A stretch of 64,000 nucleotides of DNA from an uncultured delta proteobacterium (GTDB lineage: Bacteria > Desulfobacterota > Binatia > Binatales > Binataceae). A model generated the notes under the pieces. That model made no database searches. It had not been told where the DNA came from and worked only from the letters and a program-made list of their open reading frames with translations. The first letter of the stretch is position 1; each line of letters begins with the position of its first letter. A program made the position numbers and the translations under genes. Where the stretch lies: NCBI GenBank assembly GCA_963765675.1, contig CAVXXK010000006.1:352001-416000 (forward strand), given 5' to 3'. Shown in pieces: positions 9,573 to 20,479 of the stretch.

Positions 9573-11036
9573 ATGGTGATGCGGCAACCGGCACTTTTCA
9601 TTGCGGCGCTGATATTCGCGCTCGCTCAGCTCTCCGGGTGCGCGCCGAATCCCGCTACCGGAGGCTCGAGCCTGACCGGCTTCAGCTCGACTGCGGCCGA
9701 AACGCAGACCGGCGCCGATCAGAATCCCGCCGTGCTTGCGGCTCTTGGCGGCGCGTACGCCGATGCATCGCTTGCTGCCTACGTGAGCGAGGTCGGACAG
9801 CGGGTTGCCGCGGGCAGCGAGCGCAAGGACATCACCTACAAGTTCCAGGTGCTCGACACGCCGATCGTCAATGCGCTCGCGATTCCCGGCGGCTATATCT
9901 ACGTCTCGCGCGGACTGCTCGCGCTGGTCAACAACGAAGCCGAACTCGCAGGCGTGCTGGGGCACGAGGTCGGGCACGTCGCCGCGATGCATCATGCGCA
10001 GGGGCAGATGCGCGACACGATCGCGCAGGTCGGGATGCTGCCGCTTGCGATCGTCTCTCCGCTGCTGCTCGGGGCTCCGCAGATGGCCGCGCAGAGCTAC
10101 CTGCGCTCATTCTCGCGCGATGCCGAGTACGAGGCCGACACACTCGGGATCAGGTATGTCGCGCGCGCCGGATACGATCCGGCCGCGACTGCGACGTTCC
10201 TCAACACGATGCGCAACTACGAGCAGGTGCAGGCAGTGATTGACGGCCGCAGCGCAGGCTCGATCGATCAGTTCGATTACATGGCGACGCATCCCAACGC
10301 TCTCGAGCGCTATCGCCGCGCGCTCGCGCAGGCGTCGCAGACTCCGGTTGCGAATCCGATCGTCAGGCGGCGCGAATACCTTGCGCAGATTAACGGCGTC
10401 ATCTACGGCGAGTCGCCAGAGCAGGGCTTTATCCGCGGCCGGATGTTCGCGCATCCGAAACTCCGCTTCGCCTTCGAGGTGCCGAAAGGCTTCGAGCTGT
10501 TCGATACCTCCGATGCGATCTACGCGGCCGGCCCCGACAACGCGATGATCATCTTCGATAGCGCGCCCGAGACCAGCAGCCTCGCGATGACCGGATATAT
10601 CCGTCAGGTGTGGGCCAAGGGTATCGAGGTGCGCGAGGTCAGGCGCGGCGAGATAAACGGCCTCGAGGCGGCGACCGCGATCGCGACGGCGCAAACCAAG
10701 CAGGGTCCGGTCACGATGCGAATCGTCGCGATTCGGATGGACCCGACACATATTTACCGCTTTCGATTCATCGCCCCCGCGCCCCGTGCACAGACACTCG
10801 CACCCGCATTCGCACAGACCGCAGGCACGTTCAAGAGACTTACGGCGGCCGAAGCTGCTTCCCTCAAACCGCGCAAAATAAAGCTCGTCACGGTTGCGAA
10901 GAACGATACGGTTGCGACCCTCGCCAAGCGCTGCGCTTTCGACAAATTTCCGCAGGAGCAGTTTCACGCGCTCAACGGCCTCGCTCCCGACAGCACCCAA
11001 ATCCCTTTGCAGCAGGTAAAACTGATCGTCGAGTGA
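9573..11036 (+). CDS. M48 family metalloprotease lipoprotein (BepA/YfgC-like) with C-terminal LysM-like domain
   Basis: Lipobox LSGC, NALAIPGG, HEVGH, EYEAD, THP; C-terminal VTVAKNDTVATLA. Confidence 0.88.
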   Translation: MVMRQPALFIAALIFALAQLSGCAPNPATGGSSLTGFSSTAAETQTGADQNPAVLAALGGAYADASLAAYVSEVGQRVAAGSERKDITYKFQVLDTPIVNALAIPGGYIYVSRGLLALVNNEAELAGVLGHEVGHVAAMHHAQGQMRDTIAQVGMLPLAIVSPLLLGAPQMAAQSYLRSFSRDAEYEADTLGIRYVARAGYDPAATATFLNTMRNYEQVQAVIDGRSAGSIDQFDYMATHPNALERYRRALAQASQTPVANPIVRRREYLAQINGVIYGESPEQGFIRGRMFAHPKLRFAFEVPKGFELFDTSDAIYAAGPDNAMIIFDSAPETSSLAMTGYIRQVWAKGIEVREVRRGEINGLEAATAIATAQTKQGPVTMRIVAIRMDPTHIYRFRFIAPAPRAQTLAPAFAQTAGTFKRLTAAEAASLKPRKIKLVTVAKNDTVATLAKRCAFDKFPQEQFHALNGLAPDSTQIPLQQVKLIVE

Positions 11037-11085
11037 TTGGAAATTGTAGCCGCGACGACTGTAGAATCCGCCCGAGGTCATCGTC

Positions 11086-11880
11086 ATGCCGGCAAAACAC
11101 TTTGCGTTTCGTCTGCTATTCGCGCTCGCTTTCTCGTTCGTTCTCTCGGCATCCGCATATGCTGCGAACGTCGGCGAAATGGGTGCGATGGGCGCGATGG
11201 ATATGAATAATCCAAATGGCGGCGCGATGGCGATGAGCCCGGGCGATACCGACGCGATGTCCTCGATGAATATGAGCGATATGCACGACTCGCACATGGC
11301 CAGCGGCGAGATGGGCAACATGAAGGATCACATGAAGTGGACCGACCTCCGCCCCGCGAATCCCGCCGATACCGAACGCGCCGACAAGCTCGTCGATACG
11401 CTCAAGACCGCGCTCGCCAAGTACCAGGACTATCACGCCGCCGAAGCCGCCGGCTTTAAGCCGTTTCATCCCGAGCTCAAGGCGCAGAAGGTCGTCCACT
11501 TCACCAAGTGGTGGTACGGGCTCAAGTCCGCCTTCGAGTTCAATCCCGCGGAACCGACCTCGCTGCTCTATGAACGCACCGCCAACGGCGGATACAAGCT
11601 CATTGGCGCGATGTACACCGCACCGCGAAAGTGGGACCCCGACGAGCTCAACCAGCGCGTGCCGCTGAGCGTCGCCCGATGGCATCAGCACATCGATATT
11701 TGCATTCCCAAAAAGGGTACCATGGCCTCCGCCGATTGGACCAAGTTCGGTCCCCGAGGTTCGATTGTGACCGAGCAGGCCTGTACCGCCGCGGGCGGCA
11801 GATTCTTTCCGGTCCTGTTCGGATGGATGGTGCATGTCTATCCCTGGGAGACCAATCCGCAGCAAGTCTGGGCGCACTGA
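11086..11880 (+). CDS. Exported hypothetical protein with Met/His-rich N-terminus
   Basis: Signal peptide ending AYA; Met-rich tract; His-containing motifs VHF, WHQH, WMVHVY. Confidence 0.75.
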   Translation: MPAKHFAFRLLFALAFSFVLSASAYAANVGEMGAMGAMDMNNPNGGAMAMSPGDTDAMSSMNMSDMHDSHMASGEMGNMKDHMKWTDLRPANPADTERADKLVDTLKTALAKYQDYHAAEAAGFKPFHPELKAQKVVHFTKWWYGLKSAFEFNPAEPTSLLYERTANGGYKLIGAMYTAPRKWDPDELNQRVPLSVARWHQHIDICIPKKGTMASADWTKFGPRGSIVTEQACTAAGGRFFPVLFGWMVHVYPWETNPQQVWAH

Positions 11881-11886
11881 GCCGCG

Positions 11887-12792
11887 ATGCCGCTAACCGT
11901 CGAGCTCGAGCGCGCGCGCAAGTGCTACGACGGCCTGGTTGCGGTCGATAGCCTGTCGCTCTCGATCTCCGGCGGAGAAATTTTCGGCCTGCTCGGGCCC
12001 AACGGATCGGGCAAGACCAGCACGATCCGCATGATGATCGGGATCACGCGGCCCGATAGCGGGGTGGTCCGGGTTTTCGGCAAACCGCTGGAGCGCGCGA
12101 GCCTCAGCAGGATCGGCTACCTGCCTGAAGAGCGCGGACTCTACCGCCGGATGACGGTGCGCGAGAACTTGTCGTTCCTCGGCCAGCTCGCCGGCCTGAC
12201 CGCGGCGCAGGCGCTCGAGCGGGGACGCGCGTGGACGGCCAGGCTCGAACTCAGCGACTGGTTCGAGCGCCGGGTCGAAGAGCTGTCCAAGGGGATGCAG
12301 CAGAAGATCCAGTTCGTCGCGGCGCTGATTCACGACCCGGAATTTATCGTGATGGACGAGCCGTTTGGCGGGCTCGATCCGGTCAATGCCAACGAGCTCA
12401 AAGAGATACTGCTCGAACTGAAAGGGCAGGGACGCACGATCGTACTTTCGACGCATCGGATGGACCAGGCCGAGAAACTCTGCGACGCGATCTGCCTAAT
12501 CAACAGCGGACGTGCGATCCTGCAAGGCAACCTGCGCGAGATAAAATCGCAACACGGCGAGCGCTTCGTGCAGATCGATTACGCGGGCGCAAATGGGCTG
12601 CTCGCGGGGCATCCGATGGTCGAGTCGCGCCGCGACTTCGGCAACCATCTCGAACTCAAGCTCCACACTGGCGCCGATCCGCAGGAGCTCCTGCACGCCG
12701 CGGCCGCGTCGGCGCGAATCTCACGCTTCGAGCTGATGGAACCGTCGCTCGAAGAAATCTTCATCAATCGCGTCCGGCGCCGCGATGGGTAG
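11887..12792 (+). CDS. ABC-2 type exporter ATP-binding subunit (NatA/YhaQ-like)
   Basis: GPNGSGKT, LSKGMQQK, MDEPFGGLD, H-loop STH. Confidence 0.92.
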   Translation: MPLTVELERARKCYDGLVAVDSLSLSISGGEIFGLLGPNGSGKTSTIRMMIGITRPDSGVVRVFGKPLERASLSRIGYLPEERGLYRRMTVRENLSFLGQLAGLTAAQALERGRAWTARLELSDWFERRVEELSKGMQQKIQFVAALIHDPEFIVMDEPFGGLDPVNANELKEILLELKGQGRTIVLSTHRMDQAEKLCDAICLINSGRAILQGNLREIKSQHGERFVQIDYAGANGLLAGHPMVESRRDFGNHLELKLHTGADPQELLHAAAASARISRFELMEPSLEEIFINRVRRRDG

Positions 12793-14062
12793 CCGAGTAA
12801 GCCTCCGCAATCTCTGGCTGATCGCGCGGCGCGAATATCTCGAGCGCGTGCGCACGCGGTCGTTCTGGTTCTCGACCCTGATTCTGCCGGTGATCTTCAG
12901 CTCGATGCTGCTGTTGCCGCGGATGGTCGCCAGCGAAGTCGCGGCCGGTTTCGGTGCAGGGGCTCATCCGACCATGCGAATCGCGATCGTCTCGGCGGAC
13001 CGGGAACTCGGCGCCGCGATCGCCGCGGATTTGGCGCGAACTGATCCGCACGGATTTCTCGTCACCCTCGAATCGACTCCGTCGCCAGAGTTGCGCGCGG
13101 AACTGCACCGCCAAATCCGCTCGCGCGAGATCGACGGCTATCTGTGGATCGACTCCGATCCGTCCGGAGCCCGTCGCGCCGTATTTGCGCGTCCGGCTTC
13201 GCTCGGATTCGGCGTGACGAGCAAGCTCAACGCCGCAGTGTGGTTTGCCTGGACCGAGCGTGAACTCGCGCCCTTCGGAATTGAAACCGATCTGGCTCGC
13301 AAGCTGCTCGCGCGAGTGGACTTCCGCACTGCCGACGTAAATCCGCCATCGCTGTATGCGCAGAGCGAGGTCGCGATCGTGATGGTCGCGATGCTGGTAT
13401 TCGTAATGTTCATCTCGCTGATGTCGTACGGGATCATGGTGATGCGCGCGGTGCTGGACGAGAAAAGCTCGCGGATTACTGAGGTGCTGCTGTGCTCGAC
13501 GAGCGCGGACGAGTTGATGGCCGGCAAGGTAATCGGAATCGGCGCGCTCGGAGTTACCCAAGTGGCGATCTGGTTTATCGCGGCGGCGCTGATCGTGGCC
13601 GCGAGCCCGATGGCAGGGGTTGCCGCGCAGGCGCTTCAGTCCGGCGGGAGTGTGATCGGATGGTTCGCGTTTTATTACATCCTTGGCTACCTGCTTTACA
13701 GCTCGATCTACGCGGCCGTCGGCGCGTCTTTCAATTCTCCGGACGAAGCCCAGCAATGGACCTTCGTGATCATGCTGCCGCTCATCGCGACCACGGTATT
13801 GGTCGAGCCGGCGATTCTTTCGCCCGGCACACCGATCGTTGTCGCGGGATCGATGTTTCCGTTCTCCTCGCCGGTGCTGATGTACGCGCGAATCCTGATG
13901 GGGCATCCGCCGCTATGGCAGATCGCGCTGTCGGCTGCGATCCTGCTCGTGACGGTCTGGATCGCGCTTTCGATCTCGGCGCGGATCTACCGGGTTGGAA
14001 TCTTGATGTACGGCAAGCGCCCGACGCTGCGCGAGATCGTCAAGTGGCTGCGCTACGCCTAA
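12785..14062 (+). CDS. ABC-2 type exporter permease (NatB/YhaP-like)
   Basis: REYLERVR N-terminus, EKSSRITEVLL...GKVIG motif, multiple transmembrane helices. Confidence 0.9.
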   Translation: MGSRVSLRNLWLIARREYLERVRTRSFWFSTLILPVIFSSMLLLPRMVASEVAAGFGAGAHPTMRIAIVSADRELGAAIAADLARTDPHGFLVTLESTPSPELRAELHRQIRSREIDGYLWIDSDPSGARRAVFARPASLGFGVTSKLNAAVWFAWTERELAPFGIETDLARKLLARVDFRTADVNPPSLYAQSEVAIVMVAMLVFVMFISLMSYGIMVMRAVLDEKSSRITEVLLCSTSADELMAGKVIGIGALGVTQVAIWFIAAALIVAASPMAGVAAQALQSGGSVIGWFAFYYILGYLLYSSIYAAVGASFNSPDEAQQWTFVIMLPLIATTVLVEPAILSPGTPIVVAGSMFPFSSPVLMYARILMGHPPLWQIALSAAILLVTVWIALSISARIYRVGILMYGKRPTLREIVKWLRYA

Positions 14063-14603
14063 GCGCCGCAAATTCCTTGGATGTGATTCGATAAAGCACG
14101 TGCGGTAATCCCGCGTGAATGATATTGCGCTCAAAACGCATCCCGCAGGTTTCCATCACGCCGCGCGATCCGCGATTGTGCGGCAGCGTGAAGGCGATCA
14201 CACTTTCCGGAGCGAGGTCGCGAAAGCCTAGCCGCAGAACCTCGGCCGCGGCCTCGCTCGCGTATCCCATACGCCACCGGTCGGATCTAATCGCGTAGAG
14301 CAGCTCGATCTCCGGCGCGCCTTGGAGTTCGATATGCCGAATTCCGGCATAGCCGACAAAACGGTTATCGGCCTTTTCAAACAGCATCCACACGCCAAAA
14401 CCATAACGCTCCCAATGCTCGCGTATCCGCGCCAGCATGCCGGAACTGTACTCCTCGCTTGCGGGCTGCCCGTCGGCTGACAGCGTTGCCATCGCGCGAG
14501 GATCGCTGTGAATCACGCGCAGATGTGGCAAGTCGGTTTCGAGCGGCGCACGCCCGCAAAGGCGCGCGGTCTCGAGCACGGTCATCGCGGTTTCCGGATT
14601 CAT
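14040..14603 (-). CDS. GNAT N-acetyltransferase (RimJ/RimL-like)
   Basis: LETARL, WRMGYASEA, NRGSRGVMETCGM; overlaps the convergent permease 3' end. Confidence 0.85.
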   Translation of the reverse strand: MNPETAMTVLETARLCGRAPLETDLPHLRVIHSDPRAMATLSADGQPASEEYSSGMLARIREHWERYGFGVWMLFEKADNRFVGYAGIRHIELQGAPEIELLYAIRSDRWRMGYASEAAAEVLRLGFRDLAPESVIAFTLPHNRGSRGVMETCGMRFERNIIHAGLPHVLYRITSKEFAALRRSAAT

Positions 14604-14797
14604 TCAGTAAAATTCGCGCTTCGCCAAGTCTGGTTATTTCAAGCGGCTTCACTTCCATATCGAAGGTTGCTATTTAACTCGACGCCCGAGGCATCGATCC
14701 GGCGGCGAGGCGCTTCACTTAAGATTGCCTCATTAGCAGAAAACCGACTATAAGAGATTCTTTAGACAGGACATCCTGCTCAGGCGGTAATTCAGGC

Positions 14798-15742
14798 GTG
14801 GCTAGAAGAAAAATTGCGTTTATCGGCGCCGGCAACGTCGGCGCGACCTGCGCGCATCTCTGCTTTCTGCGCAACCTCGGCGACATCGTCCTCTACGATA
14901 TTATCGACGGCCTGCCGCAGGGCAAAGCGCTCGATATGGCGGAAAGCGCGCCGGTCCTCGGAATCGACGCCCAGGTTACCGGCACCACCGATATCAAGGA
15001 TATCGCCGGCGCCGATTGCTGCGTCGTCACCTCCGGTTCGCCGCGCAAGCCCGGCATGAGCCGCGACGATCTGCTGAAAATCAACGCCAAGGTGATGAAC
15101 GACGTCGGCGGCGCGATCAAACAGTACGCTCCCCAATCGTTCGTGATCGCGGTGACCAATCCGCTCGACGCGATGGTGACGCAGCTCAAGCGCGTGACCG
15201 GCTTCCCGAAGCATCGCATAGTCGGACAGGCGGGTGTGCTTGATTCCGCGCGTTACCGGACCTTCCTTGCGATGGAGCTGAAAGTCTCGGTCGAGAGCGT
15301 GAATGCGACGGTTTTAGGCGGCCACGGCGACGACATGGTCCCAGTCCGCAGCTATACGACGATCGGCGGAGTGCCGGTGGCCAAGCTGATATCGGCCAAG
15401 CGGCTCGACGAAATCGAAACCCGTACCCGCAACGGCGGCGGCGAAATCGTCAACCTGATGAAGACCTCGTCCTACTACGCCGCGGGAAGTGCGACCTACA
15501 AGATGGTCGAATCATACATGCTCGATCGCAAGGAAGTGGTCCCGTGCGCGGCGTACCTCGAAGGCGAATACGGCGTGAAGGGATTGTACGCGGGCGTGCC
15601 GGTAGTGATCGGAGGCGGCGGAGTCGAGCGCGTGATCGAAATCGAGCTGACCGCGGCCGAGAAACAGGCCTTCGACAGCTCGGTCGCACACGTGAAGGAA
15701 CTGGTTGACGCGATGGACAAGGTAATCGCGGCGGGCAATTGA
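14798..15742 (+). CDS. mdh: Malate dehydrogenase (LDH-like)
   Basis: [33 protein letters not shown]. Confidence 0.96.
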   Translation: MARRKIAFIGAGNVGATCAHLCFLRNLGDIVLYDIIDGLPQGKALDMAESAPVLGIDAQVTGTTDIKDIAGADCCVVTSGSPRKPGMSRDDLLKINAKVMNDVGGAIKQYAPQSFVIAVTNPLDAMVTQLKRVTGFPKHRIVGQAGVLDSARYRTFLAMELKVSVESVNATVLGGHGDDMVPVRSYTTIGGVPVAKLISAKRLDEIETRTRNGGGEIVNLMKTSSYYAAGSATYKMVESYMLDRKEVVPCAAYLEGEYGVKGLYAGVPVVIGGGGVERVIEIELTAAEKQAFDSSVAHVKELVDAMDKVIAAGN

Positions 15743-15762
15743 CCGCGAGGCGTGCCCGAGCG

Positions 15763-15788
15763 GTCATCCTGAGCGAAGCGAAGGATCT
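15763..15788 (+). repeat. Half of a GTCATCCTGAGC-type palindromic repeat
   Basis: GTCATCCTGAGCGAAGCGAAGGATCT, related to the arms of the element at 53704-53822. Confidence 0.65.
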
Positions 15789-15863
15789 CGGCGAGCGAAG
15801 CGAAGCGTCGCTGGCGGTCCGGGGTTCGAGATTTTTCCCATAAGTTGTTTCAGAGGGTAGTTG

Positions 15864-17033
15864 ATGAACATCCACGAATTTCAGGCCAAGCAGATTCTCG
15901 GACGCTTCGGCGCGCCCGTTCCGAGGGGGCAATCCGCCGCGACCGCCGACGAGGCTGCGGCCGCGTTCACCGCGCTCGGCGTGCCGAAGGCCGTTATCAA
16001 GGCGCAGATTCATGCGGGCGGACGCGGCAAGGCCGGCGGAGTGAAGCTGATCTCCTCCGCCGATGAGGCGCGCAAGTTCGCCGCCGGCCTGCTCGGCAAG
16101 CCGCTGGTCACGCACCAGACTGGTCCCGAGGGCCGTGTCGTCGGGCGCGTGTATGTCGAAGAGGCCAGCGCTGTCGCGCGCGAGCTTTACCTCGGGATGC
16201 TGGTCGATCGAAAAGCGGGTGCGGTGTCGGTTATCGCCAGCACCGAAGGCGGCATGGAGATCGAGGAGGTCGCCGCCAAGACACCTGAGCGGATCATCAC
16301 CAAGGTCGTTGACCCGCTTCTCGGATTGTCGCCGTTTCTGGCGCGCGAGATCGCATTCGCGCTGGGACTCAAGGACAAGCAAGTCAATCAGTTCGTGGGG
16401 TTGCTCAGCGCGATTTACAAAGCGTTTGTCGAGACCGATGCGTCGCTGGTCGAGATCAATCCGCTGGTCGTGACGCAGGACGGACGCGTCATCTGCCTGG
16501 ACGCCAAGATGTCGTTCGACGACAACGGACTTTTCCGCCATCCCGATATCCGCGAGCTGCGCGACCCTAACGAGGAAGACAAAGACGAAACCGAGGCCGC
16601 GAAATACGATCTGAGTTTCGTGCATCTGGACGGGAACATCGGATGCATGGTCAATGGCGCGGGTCTGGCGATGGCGACGATGGATATCGTCAAATTCTTC
16701 GGCGCCGAGCCGGCCAATTTTCTCGACGTCGGCGGCGGCGCCAACACCGAGAAAGTCGCGGCCGCGTTCCGGATCCTGCTCTCCGACAGGCGCGTCAAAG
16801 CCGTGCTGATCAACATCTTCGGCGGGATCATGCAATGCGACGTGCTCGCGCAGGGCGTGGTCGAAGCCGCCCGGCAGGTGAAGCTCAGCATCCCGCTCGT
16901 GGTCAGGATGGAAGGGACCAACGTCGACAAGGGCAAGAAGATTCTGGCCGAGTCGGGAATCAAGGTGATCGCCGCGGCCGACATGGCCGACGCCGCGCGG
17001 CGCGTGACCCAGGCAATCGGAGTGGGGAAGTAA
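15864..17033 (+). CDS. sucC: Succinyl-CoA synthetase beta subunit
   Basis: [41 protein letters not shown]. Confidence 0.97.
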   Translation: MNIHEFQAKQILGRFGAPVPRGQSAATADEAAAAFTALGVPKAVIKAQIHAGGRGKAGGVKLISSADEARKFAAGLLGKPLVTHQTGPEGRVVGRVYVEEASAVARELYLGMLVDRKAGAVSVIASTEGGMEIEEVAAKTPERIITKVVDPLLGLSPFLAREIAFALGLKDKQVNQFVGLLSAIYKAFVETDASLVEINPLVVTQDGRVICLDAKMSFDDNGLFRHPDIRELRDPNEEDKDETEAAKYDLSFVHLDGNIGCMVNGAGLAMATMDIVKFFGAEPANFLDVGGGANTEKVAAAFRILLSDRRVKAVLINIFGGIMQCDVLAQGVVEAARQVKLSIPLVVRMEGTNVDKGKKILAESGIKVIAAADMADAARRVTQAIGVGK

Positions 17034-17039
17034 CCGGCA

Positions 17040-17927
17040 ATGAGTATTCTCGTCAACAAGAACACCCGCGTCCTGACCCAGGGCATCACCGGCGCGACCG
17101 GACAGTTTCACACCCGCGCGTGCAAGGAATACGGCACCCAGATGGTGGGCGGAGTGGTGCCGGGCAAGGGCGGCACAACCTTCGAGGGGATTCCGATCTT
17201 CGACACCGTCGAGCAGGCGGTGCGCGCGACGGGCGCCAATGCGGCGGTCAGTTATGTACCGCCGGCGTTCGCGGCCGACGCGATCCTCGAGGCGATCGCG
17301 GCCGAGCTTCCACTGGTCATCTGCATCACCGAGGGCATCCCGGTGCTCGACATGGTGAAAGTAAAGCATTACTTGAAGTCTTCAAAGTCGCGCCTGATCG
17401 GACCGAACTGCCCCGGAATCATCACCCCGGGCGAGTGCAAGATCGGGATCATGCCGGGCTATATCCACAAGCCGGGCCGCGTCGGGGTGGTCTCGCGCTC
17501 GGGAACCCTGACCTACGAGGCTGTGCATCAGCTCACGCAGCTCGGGATCGGTCAATCGAGCTGTATCGGAATCGGCGGAGACCCAATCGTCGGGACCAAT
17601 CACACCGAGGCGATGCGCTTGTTCAACGAGGATCCTGCGACCGACGCGGTGATCATGATTGGAGAGATCGGCGGAACGGCCGAAGAAGAGGCCGCCGATT
17701 ATGTGAAGCATCACTTTAAGAAACCGGTCGTGGCGTTTATCGCCGGGCAGACCGCTCCCAAGGGCCGCAGAATGGGCCATGCGGGCGCGATAATCTCGGG
17801 CGGGCGCGGCACCGCCGCGGACAAGATCGCGGCGCTCAAGGCGGCCGGAATCACCGTCGCGATGAGCCCCGCCGATTTGGGCTCGACGATGAAGGCCGTG
17901 CTCGAAGGCAAAGCTCCAAAGAATTGA
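17040..17927 (+). CDS. sucD: Succinyl-CoA synthetase alpha subunit
   Basis: [27 protein letters not shown]. Confidence 0.97.
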   Translation: MSILVNKNTRVLTQGITGATGQFHTRACKEYGTQMVGGVVPGKGGTTFEGIPIFDTVEQAVRATGANAAVSYVPPAFAADAILEAIAAELPLVICITEGIPVLDMVKVKHYLKSSKSRLIGPNCPGIITPGECKIGIMPGYIHKPGRVGVVSRSGTLTYEAVHQLTQLGIGQSSCIGIGGDPIVGTNHTEAMRLFNEDPATDAVIMIGEIGGTAEEEAADYVKHHFKKPVVAFIAGQTAPKGRRMGHAGAIISGGRGTAADKIAALKAAGITVAMSPADLGSTMKAVLEGKAPKN

Positions 17928-17945
17928 GCGCACGAGATCAACCAG

Positions 17946-18362
17946 ATGGAAAAGACTCTCGCAATCATCAAGCCTGACGCGGTTTCGCGCGGACTGACCG
18001 GCGACATCCTGAAGCGTATCGAGGCCTCGGGACTCTCGATTCGCGCGCTGCGCAAGCTGCATCTCTCGCAGGAGCAGGCGCAGATGTTTTACGCGGTGCA
18101 CAAGGCGCGTCCGTTCTACGGCGACCTGTGCAAGTACATGACCTCGGGACCGGTGGTGGTCGCCGTACTCGGCGCCGACGGCGCGATCACGAAGTGGCGC
18201 GAGTTGATGGGCGCGACCGATCCAAAAAAAGCCGCGCCGGGAACGATTCGCCGCGAATTCGGCCAGAACATCGAAGCCAACGCGACCCACGGTTCCGACG
18301 CGCCGGAAACCGCCGCCCAGGAAATCGCCTTCTTCTTCCCCGCGATGGAAATTCTGCCCTGA
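17946..18362 (+). CDS. ndk: Nucleoside diphosphate kinase
   Basis: IIKPDA, GTIR, NATHGSD. Confidence 0.97.
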   Translation: MEKTLAIIKPDAVSRGLTGDILKRIEASGLSIRALRKLHLSQEQAQMFYAVHKARPFYGDLCKYMTSGPVVVAVLGADGAITKWRELMGATDPKKAAPGTIRREFGQNIEANATHGSDAPETAAQEIAFFFPAMEILP

Positions 18363-18453
18363 TGCTCGCCTGAACTCATCGTTTTGAGACATGAATAATC
18401 GGGCGAGAGGCGTCCTGCTCTCACGCGCGCATTTCGGTTAGAATTGCGGGTTC

Positions 18454-19590
18454 ATGAACCCCCCCGACGAGCATACTGACGACTCGCCCGATTCTTCCGG
18501 CGCACGCCGCGATATCCGCGACCTGCTGCTGGAGGACCTCGAGGCTGTGGTCGCAAGCCTTGGCGAGCGTCCGTATCGCGCGCGGCAGATTGCGCATTGG
18601 CTATGGCAGAAGGGCGTCGATTCGTTCGACGCGATGCGCGATCTTCCGGCCGCCCTGCGAATCGAATTGTCGGAGCGCTTCACGCTCGCTCCCGCCGCAG
18701 TCTCTATCGTCAGGCGCTCGACTGACGGCACGCGCAAGCTCCTGCTGCGGCTCGCCGACGGTGAGGAAATCGAGACCGTCATTATACCGTCGGAGGATCG
18801 CACGACGCTCTGCCTCTCGTCGCAGGCGGGATGCGCGATGGGATGCGAGTTCTGCGCGACGGCGCGGATGGGATTGCATCGCAATTTGACCACCGCCGAG
18901 ATCGCGGGACAGATTTTCGCCGCGCGGCGCGAGCTTAATCCCGACGAGCGTTTGACCAACTACGTCTTCATGGGGATGGGCGAGCCTTTGGCCAACTATC
19001 CGCGCCTTATTCGCACGCTAATTGCAATGACTGCGGCGTGGGGGATGGCGATCTCGCCGCGGCGCATCACCGTCTCGACCGTCGGGCTGGTCCCGATGAT
19101 GGAAAAACTGCTAGCCGAAATTCCGGTCAACCTGGCGGTGTCGCTGCACGCAACGACGGACGAACTTCGCGACCGGTTGGCGCCGATCAATCAACGCTAT
19201 CCTCTGGGCCAGCTGCTCGACGCGTGCCGCCGCTTGCCGCTCAAGGGCCGCAGCAGGATTACGTTCGAATACGTGATGCTGGCGGGGGTGAACGACAGCG
19301 TCGACGACGCGCGCAGGCTGGTTGCGCTGCTCGCGCCGCAGCGCGCAAAGATCAACCTGATTTTCTTCAACCCCTTCGCCGACAGCGTCCTGGAGCGCAG
19401 CCCGCGCGCTGCGGTAGAGGCCTTTCAAGCGATCCTGCATCGCGGTAACTTGACCGCTACCATCCGCGAGAGCAGGGGACTCGATATCGCGGCGGCATGC
19501 GGCCAACTCTACGCGGAGCTTCATCTCGACAAGGGCGCGAGCGCGTTCGAGGCCGGGGCTGCTGAGGCTGGGACGGAGGGGCGGGACTAG
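18454..19590 (+). CDS. rlmN: 23S rRNA/tRNA m2A radical SAM methyltransferase
   Basis: CAMGCEFC, MGMGEP, SLH, AACGQL. Confidence 0.96.
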   Translation: MNPPDEHTDDSPDSSGARRDIRDLLLEDLEAVVASLGERPYRARQIAHWLWQKGVDSFDAMRDLPAALRIELSERFTLAPAAVSIVRRSTDGTRKLLLRLADGEEIETVIIPSEDRTTLCLSSQAGCAMGCEFCATARMGLHRNLTTAEIAGQIFAARRELNPDERLTNYVFMGMGEPLANYPRLIRTLIAMTAAWGMAISPRRITVSTVGLVPMMEKLLAEIPVNLAVSLHATTDELRDRLAPINQRYPLGQLLDACRRLPLKGRSRITFEYVMLAGVNDSVDDARRLVALLAPQRAKINLIFFNPFADSVLERSPRAAVEAFQAILHRGNLTATIRESRGLDIAAACGQLYAELHLDKGASAFEAGAAEAGTEGRD

Positions 19591-19592
19591 CG

Positions 19593-20459
19593 ATGGCGCG
19601 AAAAACACTGGGCGTAATCGGGGGTAGCGGCTTCTACAATATGCCCGGACTCGAACAGGTCGAGCAAATCGAACTCGACACGCCCTTCGGCAAACCGTCG
19701 GACCCGTACTATCGCGGCCGAATCGGCGAGATCGAAGTGGTATTTCTCGCGCGCCACGGCAAGGGTCACCGGATTTTGCCGAGCGAAATAAATTACCGCG
19801 CGAACATTTTTGGGATGAAGCAGCTCGGCGCCGAGTACCTGGTCTCGGTCAGCACGGCGGGCTCGCTCAAGGAAGATATTCATCCGGGCGAACTCGTGGT
19901 GCCCAACCAGTTCATCGATCGCACCTTCAAACGACCTTCGTCGTTTTTTGGCAACGGGATGGTGGTGCACGTGTCGCTGGCCGATCCGGTCTGCCCCGAT
20001 CTCGCGCGCGATCTCGCCGCCGCGGGACGCAGCATCGATCCAAAGCTGCACGAGGGTGGCGCCTACCTCTGCATGGAGGGGCCGCAATTCTCGACCCGTG
20101 CGGAATCAAATCTTTTTCGCATGTGGAACGCCGACGTGATCAGCATGACCGCGATGCAGGAAGCGCGGCTCGCGCGCGAGGCCGAACTTTGCTACGCGGT
20201 GCTGACGCTGGTCACCGACTATGATTGCTGGCACAAGAGCGTCGCGGCGGTCGATATCGGCGAGATCCTGCGCGTGATGCGCGCGAACGTCGAGAAGGCG
20301 CAGGCTGCCGTGGCGCGGATGGCGGCAACGCTCGCCCGACGCGAACGCACCTGCAAATGCGCAAACGCGCTGGCCGGCACGATCATTACCGATCCGGCGG
20401 TAATCCCCTCGAAGATGAAACGGGAGCTCGGGCTCCTGGTCGGCAAATATCTAAACTGA
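19593..20459 (+). CDS. mtnP: S-methyl-5'-thioadenosine phosphorylase
   Basis: GVIGGSG, RHG..H, EGPQFSTRAES, TDYDCW. Confidence 0.92.
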   Translation: MARKTLGVIGGSGFYNMPGLEQVEQIELDTPFGKPSDPYYRGRIGEIEVVFLARHGKGHRILPSEINYRANIFGMKQLGAEYLVSVSTAGSLKEDIHPGELVVPNQFIDRTFKRPSSFFGNGMVVHVSLADPVCPDLARDLAAAGRSIDPKLHEGGAYLCMEGPQFSTRAESNLFRMWNADVISMTAMQEARLAREAELCYAVLTLVTDYDCWHKSVAAVDIGEILRVMRANVEKAQAAVARMAATLARRERTCKCANALAGTIITDPAVIPSKMKRELGLLVGKYLN

Positions 20460-20479
20460 ACCGGGAGCATGCATAACAG

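Noticed and set aside
14651-14679. ACTTCCATATC...TATTTAACT, superficially dif-like
   Set aside because: The XerD arm and spacing do not fit. It lies in the divergent GNAT/mdh promoter region, and a far better site exists at 46631.
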